Assembly: GCF_963921235.1 (NCBI RefSeq)
Contig: NC_086097.1
Span: 43,402,001 to 43,466,000, forward strand
Direction: 5' to 3'
Length of the DNA stretch: 64,000 bases
Source of the DNA: Mobula hypostoma
Lineage: Eukaryota
Positions 50,115-64,000 of the stretch are shown one piece after another (the first letter of the stretch is position 1; each line of letters opens with the position of its first letter). Made by a program: the position numbers and the translations under genes. The notes beneath the pieces are model-generated. The model was given only the letters and a program-made list of their open reading frames with translations, ran no database searches and was not told the DNA's origin.

Positions 50115-50134
50115 AGACTTTTCTAGAAGCTTGC
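50115..50134 (+). promoter_or_regulatory. Heat-shock-element-like site in HSP90AA1 intron 1
   Basis: aGACt-tTTCt-aGAAg-cTTGc: in-phase alternating pentamers around a perfect TTCtaGAA core. Confidence 0.5.
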
Positions 50135-50278
50135 TCTGGTGGGTGGAGCATGACTTGCGCATGTGGGATTGCATGGTATCGCTAATATCGGTGATACTTT
50201 ATTTGTTACCCATTTAGACGGCCGTTTAGCTTATCTACTTGCCGGAGTAACGTTTCTTTTTTTTAATGTTAAAATCAG

Positions 50279-55989
<5,711 letters not shown>

Positions 55990-56150
55990 ACAAAGAATGC
56001 TAATATACTTGTTCTGAAGGGCTGTGGCAGTCATGTTAAGAGACAAGTCGTCAACACAACTAATATTGTCTGAAGCATGGGTCATGAGTTTTGTAAACTG
56101 TTAAGTAAATATAAGTAAACGGGTTAGATCAACTTGAGCATATGTTGTGA

Positions 56151-56156
56151 AATAAA
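56151..56156 (+). terminator. Candidate polyadenylation signal of HSP90AA1
   Basis: First AATAAA after the stop codon, about 160 nt downstream. Confidence 0.55.
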
Positions 56157-57062
56157 AGTAATAAGTTTCAATCCCATCCTGAATATGTGTAATAACTTGC
56201 ACACCACCTGCCTTTTTCAATTTATAGCAATTGCAATTCAAACTGATCTGAGTACTAATAAGAGTTGGCTTCACTGTCAGCAAGTGCCCCTCTGCAGGAA
56301 GGTCAGATAATCATTTTGATTGTTTTCATTTTAACTTCTGCAGTGGAATGTAATGCTTCAGTCATACTCTGAACTTCTCTACTCCCTTGGTGTTGAGTTG
56401 AAACAGTTCATTTTTGTCCTGCCCTTGTTATTCTTCAAAGTTGGAGATTAGCATAATGGATCATTGTACAATTGGTATTGAGAAATTACTGGCACCTGAA
56501 CATTGATTAATACAAGTTGAGTAATGCTTGATCTTAGATGGATTTTGGAATATATAACGAGATAGCCAGCCAGGGTGTAGTAGTAGTAGCATTGGACTTA
56601 AAGAGGAGTGGTCCCGGGTTTAAATCCATCTGGCTCATTGCATACTTTGCATCTGTGCTGCATTGAGTGTCAAGCTAGCAATGCTGCCTCATGAAAAAAG
56701 ATAAATACCAGAGCAACAGCAAGGTTATGGCCCAATACGCCACAAGGCAGGGTAAGGAACAGAAGATTGCTAGGGATTGCCATACCTGATAAGTTATGTG
56801 CTACCCTGTAAACAGTTTTGTCTTACACTTCAGCACAGAAGCACTTAACATTAAAAGTTACTGCATGCAATTAATTTGAGCAAGAAAACAAGCACAGCAG
56901 TATTGAGAGAATACCTGAGCAAGTTGTTGAACAACAAAACAGACAAGCTTTCAGTCTCCACCTACAATGTTTTGATTAAAAGATGAGTAAACTATTTGTT
57001 TTTAGGTTTTATATAAGGTATATGACCAATCAGTACTGTGAACTTATTCTGGAGCTGGATTT

Positions 57063-57620
57063 TCATAGAAATACAGGAAACCCACCACACAAGACAGGCC
57101 CTTCATCCTACAATGCTGTGCCAAACATCTATGTTAGAAATTACCTTGGGTTACCCATAGCCCTCTATTTTCTAAGCTCCATGGATCTATCCCAAGAGTC
57201 TCTGAAAAGACCCTATTGTATCTGCCTCCACCACTGTTGTTGACAGCCCATTCTACGCACTCACCATTCCCTGTTTTTAAAAAAAACCCTGACATGTCTA
57301 CCTATTTCCAAGCACCTTAAAATTGTGCCTTCTTGCATTAGCCACTTCAGTGCTGGGGGAAAAAGCCAATGACTATCCACACCATCAATGCCCCTCATTA
57401 TACACCTATCGGGTCACCTCTCATCCTCCTTTGCTCCAAGGCCAAATTCACTCAACCTATTCTCCTAAGGAATACACCCCAATCCAGGCAACATCCTTGT
57501 AAATCTCTGCACCCTTTCTATAGTTTCTACATCCTTGCTGTACTGAGGTGTCCAGAACTGAGTGCAGTACTCCCAAAGTCTGACCAGGGTCCTATATAGC
57601 CGTAACATTACCTTGGCTCC
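57063..57620 (-). mobile_element. CR1 3' end
   Basis: CATAGAAA...ACAGGCCCTTC tail, CAATCCAGGCAACATCCTTG and CCAGAACTGAGTGCAGTACTCC reverse CR1 motifs. Confidence 0.75.
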
Positions 57621-59129
57621 TGAATTCATCAGCAACTATCTTGGCAAACTCAATTTTCTGCTGCTTCATAATCTGCAGACACTATCACCACAGATAATTA
57701 AAAATAGAAAGCCAGGGCTTTTTAATTTATGCAGCCAGCCTACTGAATATTTGTGATTGACTTCCGATTTTCAGTTTTATTGTGATCATTGCTTGTTTCG
57801 TGATCAGTATACGTACTGCTGTGGTATATGTTCACTCTGATGTGACCAAATCCACTTTTTCAATACACAAGGGAGATCTTCATTTTTTGTTTTAAGCAGT
57901 TTTTCTATTTTTCTCTTCTATATGTATGTGAGGTCACTTCAGAACTGGTGTGCATTGCCTGGGAACCTTCCCAGCACCTTGTGAGATTTCCCATTTGTGA
58001 TGTCGATGCTCAAAAAAAGTAGATTTTTAGATTAGGGGTACAATCTGTACTTCAGCTTTACTTAGCCCAGTTGCTAAACTTGATTTCATTTTATTTTTGG
58101 GCAGTTTTCTGCTAGTCAATGCCCAGCTTTCTGGTAACTGATTTTGTACCATAAGTGACAGTTTTAACCTGTATTTGCTGGAGGAGGTTATTCATAAAGA
58201 GCATATTTTGATCTTAAAATGCCATGATATTTGAACATTTGCACCCCATACTATAATTGACTTCAATTAGATCACACTCTGGAAGAAAAATACAAATATA
58301 AATCAAAACTAGCACATGGAACTGGCAGTGAAATATATACTATGGTACCTTATTTGCATTGTAGGCTATTTGAAGTACTAACCTGGCAGGAGTGTTCTTA
58401 ATGTGTTTGATAGAGCACTAGCAAACCATTGACCTGGAGTTGCAGATTTTAAGGGCAATTGCCAAAGGCTTGTTCTGAGGTAAGTAGTGCTGCAAGATGG
58501 TGCAACTCTGTAAGACTACAGATTGGCTAAATAAGAACACTTGTCAAGATATCCATGCCAATAATAGTTCAGAAATATGGATGGGAGTCAGATTGGAGGG
58601 GTTCACATAATTTGGAGAAAAGATACACAGATATTTGAGAAATTCAAAATCCAAAGATATTTTGTAAAGGAAAATAAGTTGCGTAAATTTGTAAGGATTG
58701 GAGTTTTGTGTGTGAAGGGAACAATTTTAATGTACGGATTAAAAATGGAAGTAAATAAAGAAAGTTGAGAATGTGGGAGAGATGGATTAGATGAGAAAAT
58801 GCAAGTTGAGGGCTGGTGAATGGAGAATTTAGCCTCATCGAAAATGAATCAGTGCAGGGTCAAAAAAGTCCATGAACTCTTATTGGAAGTGAAAGTAAGG
58901 AAGGACTGCTAATAGATTGGGCCATTTAGCAGATTTAAGACGCCTGTGGAGGATTATTTATTGAAATAAGTAATTACTTTGAATTAATATGGGGAACAAT
59001 TTAGTATAACTTCATATTAAATTTAGATTCAAGCCTTACAGTTTTGGAGATAGAAAAATAGTGTACGTTTAAAACCTGCTCTCTCGTATTTGGGATCGGA
59101 GAATAGCTTTTATGGGGAAGGGCAGGGTT

Positions 59130-60690
59130 TTGACAGATTCTGCTTTAACATCACTGAAACTCATTCCAACCATCTCTGACATGTCGTCAATCCAGGCAAG
59201 CTCTCAGGACTGGTTGAAAGCAGCCGACTAGTCAAGTTCAAGGTGTGGATATACCAGCATGGCACCCTACTGAGGATTCTCTGGCCAATTCTGGAATATG
59301 TAGTTTCAACTTTCACTACCGAGAAATTAGAGAGAAAAGGTCAGCAGCTTTCCCCAGAGGTGGCTGGGATTGCCCAGGACTCTCAGCAGCATTGCCCTCT
59401 ATGGAAAGAATATCAAGCTGTGGCTTGCCTTGAAATCCTTGGGGGAAGAGTTCAAGATGACGGGAGCTAGAGAAGTGATGCAGTAAAGGGAGTCCAGCAA
59501 GGGTCGTTGTGAAGACTGGGAGGAAGTGGAGAGCAGAAGAGGCTGTGCAGCAGGCTGAACCTGGACTGTGCCACAGAGTCTTGGTGGGAGTGGTGACCCG
59601 AGGAAGAGCTGGCTTAGGAAGCTTCCCAGTCCCCAGGAATGACATGGCTAAGGGGAGGAGAAGCACAACCTCATTCAGGAGGGAGTGAGAGCAGCCGTCG
59701 AAGAGAGATCCACCAAAGCAGTGGGCATGAAACAGCAGGGAGCTTGGATCAAGTGGGAGCAGGCCATGGAGAGTGGCATGGACTGGTCTCTGGCAAGCAG
59801 AGCCACACCGAATCAAGTTCTTTTTGTCTAGGCAGTGTATTCATTTTGCCCAGCCCATCCAACCTGCATAACTGGGGAAAGGTTGATGCCCCTGACTGTC
59901 TCTTATGTTCCAGGAGAGGAACCTTGGAGCACATCCTGAACTGCTGCCTACTCAAAAGCTCTTGGAGATGGCCGATGTTGCTGAAGATATGACTAAGTAT
60001 TGAAGACCCTGGCGGAAGTATTCTTCTTGAGAATTAGTAACAGCAAATGAGCTCAACCCTACAATCGAGCTAATACCTTTGTGAGGCCTGGAGAGCAACC
60101 AGAAGCAAGAGTAAAGCCACCCACAGGGATTCTGACACATGCTCACGACTGGTAACTCATGACCGATCTGGAGAAATAACTAGTGTTCTCACAGCACATT
60201 ATCAACACCCCCTTGAGACCAGACATCCTCCTGGTCTCAGAGACAGCAAAACACATCATCCTGCTGGAGCTGACAGTGCCATGGGAGGAGCTGTGGAGGA
60301 TGCCCACGAGAGGAAGCTTGCCAGATACTGGTCAGGGACTGTCAGAGGCAGGAATGGAAAGCAAGATGCACGCCCGTTGAAGTGGGCTGCCAGGGCTTCG
60401 CTGGGCAGTCTCTTCACAGAGCCCCCAGTGCATTGGGCATTGATGATACAAGGTGACAGAGTCATCGGCAACTTCACTGAGGCAGTAGAGAAAGCCTCAA
60501 GATGACTCTGGATGAAGAGAGCAAGTCCATGGGGATCTGCAGGACATGATACCTGAACATAAGTCGTGGCTTGATCAACCTAGGTTGCCTGGGTGAGGGT
60601 GTCTGATGTTGAAAGACCCAAAACACCCAATGGCCCCAGGTTACATAAGTGATGTTGTGTTCAGAGCATCGTGAGATGTATTCTTCAAAT
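59130..60690 (+). mobile_element. Degenerate Hero-clade (R2-like, restriction-like endonuclease) non-LTR retrotransposon 3' part
   Basis: KFKVWIYQHGTL.RILWP, KTGRKWRAEEAVQQAE, GRAGLG, CCHC finger CLLCSRRGTLEHILNCC, RLE motif LRPDILLVSETAKHIILLELTVPWEE...AHERKLARY; frameshifted. Confidence 0.85.
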
Positions 60691-61039
60691 CAAGGTCAAT
60701 TAAATATCAGACCTTGAAGTACAGAAGTTTGGACTGAGTGTTTTTTTAAATGTAAAAATCTATCAACAAGCCAGTGAAGCACCACTGCATGGTTTTCCAT
60801 CACAAGTGAACTGGACTTTGAATTGGAAAAGGAGTAATTTGGGGATGAAATAAATCATGTATTTAGGAAAAGTTTGAAGTTAGGAAGGGGATCATAAACT
60901 GGTAATAAAATTGTACTGGGTATATTTTAGAAATGCTGGGAAAAAGGTTTGTGACTTATAATAGGTGTTAACATTCATCACTACAATAAATAATTGCAAT
61001 TTGCTACAAAATAGTAGTAAGATATATAATTAAAACTTT

Positions 61040-61260
61040 AAGAGCATAAGAAATAGGAGCAGGAGTATGCCACCTGACCCATCGAGCCTACTCCACCATT
61101 CAATAAGATCATGGCTGATCTGGTCATGGACTTGTCTCCATCTACCTGCCTTTTCCCCATAACCCTTAGTTCCCCTACAATGCAAAAATATATCGGACCT
61201 TGTCTTAAATATATTTACTAAGGTAGCCTCCACAGTTCCATTGGGCAGAGAATTCTACAG
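61040..61260 (-). mobile_element. CR1 3' tail
   Basis: CATAAGAAATAGGAGCAGGAGTA...CCATTCAATAAGATCATGGCTGATC, a typical reverse CR1 tail. Confidence 0.75.
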
Positions 61261-61318
61261 ATCTAGATAGAGAATTCCACATATGTAATAATAATGAAAT
61301 CCATCTCGATACATGAAT

Positions 61319-61965
61319 ATATTAGTGGCCACTTCATTGGGTTCATTCGTACATCTGCTTGTTAATGCAAATATCTAATCAACCAATCATGTGGTAGCAA
61401 CTCAATGCATAAAAGCACGCAGACATGTGCAAGAGATTCAGTTGTTCAGACCAAACATCAGAATGGAGAAGAAATGCGATTTAAACAACACACACCAAAG
61501 TTGCTGGTGAACGCAGCAGGTCAGGCAGCATCTCTAGGAAGAGATACAGTCGACGCTTCAGGCCGAGACCCTTCGTGAGGAATGCGATTTAGGTGACTTT
61601 GATTGGGGAATGAATGTCGGTGCCAGACAGGGTGGTTTGAGTATCTCAGAAACTGCTGATCTCCAGTGCTTTCACACACAACCGTCTCTAGAATTTAAAG
61701 AGAATGGTGCGTAAACCAATAAAACATCCAGTGAACGGCAGTTCCGTGGGCGAAAATGCCTTGTTAATGAGAGAGGTCATAGGAGAGTGGCCAAAATGGA
61801 TCAAGCTGACAGGATGGAGACAATAACTCAAATAACCACACATTACAACATTACAAGCAGAAGAGGATCAATCTCTGAACACACAACACTTCAGACCTGG
61901 AAGTCGTGGGCTACAGCAGCAGAAGATGTTGGTGTCTGTATGTATGATAAGATGGTCACTGAGTG
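61319..61965 (+). mobile_element. Non-autonomous Tc1-like DNA transposon containing a nested hammerhead-family insertion (61484-61580)
   Basis: TIR-like AGTGGCCACTTCATT...GATGGTCACTGAGTG followed by TA; transposase N-terminal remnant. Nested insert has the 11-bp TSD AATGCGATTTA (61473-61483, 61581-61591). Confidence 0.75.
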
Positions 61966-62734
61966 TAGAAGTTGACTCTCTACTTAAAGGACTGTAAATA
62001 AAAGAAAAACATGGAGCTCTGAAATAAAACCATCTTAGAAGACTATATGATTCCAGCATGAGAGATAACAATAGAACTCAAGAAGATAGTACAGTGACAA
62101 TAGCATGTTCAACAATGTAACAGAATACAAAGTGCAGGCAACACCCAGGGGAAAAGGGTGACTGCATTTGTAGAAAAAAACATATTGTGATTTTCTTTAA
62201 TGTCAAAAAACGTGAGTTAGAAATAATTAAATGTGCTGATTCATTTACTTTTTTTTCACGTTCTGTGAAAGTGAATTTTATTCTACAACTCTAATTTTTA
62301 TGTAGTGATTTTAAAATTCTGTAATGACAAATTTCCATAAATTGAATGGCTGTAACTCGGAGTAATGCATGGTATAAAACATATTGGTACTCATATTGCA
62401 ACAGTTATGTACCCTTTACTATTGAGAAATAAGAAAGAACATTACTTAGAAGTACCCAACACAAATTACAGTTGAATTTGGTCTTCTCACAGTCTCAGGT
62501 CTCTGTAGCAGTGAAGGTGTATGTGAAGTCTCACTCATGATGGGATGTCTACTGATATATGGCAAATTTCTTTATTGGGAACGTCACAAAATATCAGAAC
62601 AGGGAGATTATGCTGGAATGATATGAACCACCAGTTTGGTCTTAGCTGATGTCACAAAGTACAATTCTGGTCATGAGGATGTTACTGAGATGAATACAAA
62701 AGTAGACTGAGGAAAGAAAGAATGGATAGAGTGA

Positions 62735-62858
62735 AGGGTTTTGGCCGGAAACGTCGACTGTACTTCTTCCCTAGTTGCTGCCTGGCCTGCTGAGTTCCTC
62801 CAGCATTTTGCATGTGTTGCTTGGATTTCCAGCATCTGCAGGTTTTTCTCTTGTTTGT
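62735..62858 (+). mobile_element. Penelope terminal repeat insertion starting inside the hammerhead
   Basis: AGGGTTTTGGCCGGAAACGTCGACTG plus family tail. 10-bp TSD GATAGAGTGA at 62725-62734 and 62859-62868. Confidence 0.8.
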
Positions 62859-62919
62859 GATAGAGTGAGCATATATTTTTAAAGCAGGTTGTTTGCCATA
62901 CTGTAGGGAAAATGTGACT

Positions 62920-63365
62920 GTAATTGCAAGGGTTCAGAGGAGATTCACCAGGATGTTGCTTGGGATATAACATTTCAGTTTTAAGGACTGAGTGGATATG
63001 CTGAATTTGTTTTCCTTGGAGTAGATGAGGCTGCAGGTGAACCTAAACATAATTATAGGAGACATAGATCAATACTTCTCCCATGGCAGAAGTGTCAAGG
63101 GTGCATAGGTTTAAGATGAGATTTAGAGGGGATTCAAGAAAGCATTTTTTCTTCACCCAGAGATTACTTTAAATATGAAATGCACTGCTTATAAGTGTGG
63201 AGACAGATACTCTTACAACATTTAAGATGCCTCTGGATAAGCACTTAAATCAGCAAGGCAACGTCAACTACAGACCCAGTGCTGGTAAGTGGGATTAGTA
63301 TAAATATGTCAATGATGGCTGTCATAGGCTGAAGAACCTGTTCCTATGCTGAATGACTTTGACTC
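62920..63365 (+). mobile_element. Degenerate CR1 3' end
   Basis: GTTCAGAGGAGATTCACCAGGATGTTG, TTTTCCTTGGAG.AGATGAGGCTG and GCTGAAGAACCTGTTCCTATGCTG tail. Confidence 0.7.
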
Positions 63366-63459
63366 CAAATTTAAGCTGATAAAATAATGAAAAGGGAAAC
63401 AGAGTAGACAGAATAACCCTACTTCACTTAGTAGAGAGATCACTTTGCCAGGGGTTATA

Positions 63460-63964
63460 AAGTCAGTGGTCACTTTGTTAGGCACCTCCTGTGGTCCTCT
63501 ACTGCAGTAGCCCATTCACTTCAAGGTTGCGGAAGATGGTCTTCTGCACACTGCTGTTGTAATGTGTGATTATTTGTGTTGCTGTCACTTTTCTGTCACC
63601 TTCAGCCAGTCTGGCCATTCTCCTCTGACCTCTCTCATTATTAACGAGGCGTTTTCACACACAGATCATCGGATTTTTTGTTTTGTTTTTTGCATCATTC
63701 TCTGTAAACTTCAGTGAAAGTCGTGCATGAAAGTCCCAGGAAATCAGCAGCTTCTGAGATATTCAAACCACCCTGTCTGGCACAGACAATCGTTCCATGG
63801 TCAAAAGTCACTTAGATTGCATTTCTTCCTCATTCTGATGTTTAGTTTGGGGAGCAACTGAACCTTTTGACCATGCCTGCATGCTTTGAGTTGCTTCCAC
63901 ATGACTGGCTGATTAGATATTTGTATTAACAAGCAGGTATACCTAATAAAATGGCCACTGAGTG
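63460..63964 (-). mobile_element. Second Tc1-like non-autonomous copy, inverted relative to 61319-61965
   Basis: TIRs TCAGTGGTCACTTTGTTAGG / CCTAATAAAATGGCCACTGAGTG followed by TA; interior is reverse-complement similar to the first copy. Confidence 0.75.
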
Positions 63965-64000
63965 TAGGTTTTAAATAATAAGCAGAAGCATCAGAGGAAA

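Noticed and set aside
56570..56760. tRNA-like A/B boxes downstream of hsp90aa1
   Set aside because: No cloverleaf; most likely a decayed tRNA-derived SINE head, not a tRNA gene.

Overview
Vertebrate, AT-rich, CpG-depleted, repeat-dense genomic DNA. The repeat content (CR1, Rex1/Babar, V-SINE-like, Penelope, Hero) suggests a cartilaginous fish, probably a ray; this is inference. Two genes lie head-to-head. WDR20 is on the minus strand: coding exon 1 at 28262-28510, exon 2 at 2573-2755, and the gene continues off the left edge. A complete, intact cytosolic HSP90-alpha gene (hsp90aa1) is on the plus strand: non-coding exon 1, 10 coding exons 50279-55989, 731 aa ending MEEVD, with a TATA/CCAAT/GC-box/heat-shock-element promoter. 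The rest is mostly layered mobile DNA. The most striking signal is a family of at least 14 short repeats matching the 3' terminal repeat of the local Penelope-like (RT + GIY-YIG) retroelement. They carry a minimal type-I hammerhead ribozyme (stem I-CUGANGA-A-stem II-GAAAC/GUC-stem I). Many are flanked by their own 10-14 bp target-site duplications, and several are fold-back hairpins. Other points: a candidate cryptic WDR20 exon, candidate upstream hsp90aa1 exons, a Nimb/I-clade LINE 5' half abutting the WDR20 promoter, a solo LTR splitting an L1 ORF2 that rejoins in frame, and a local ~700 bp duplication. All calls were made by eye without database searches, and repeat boundaries are approximate.
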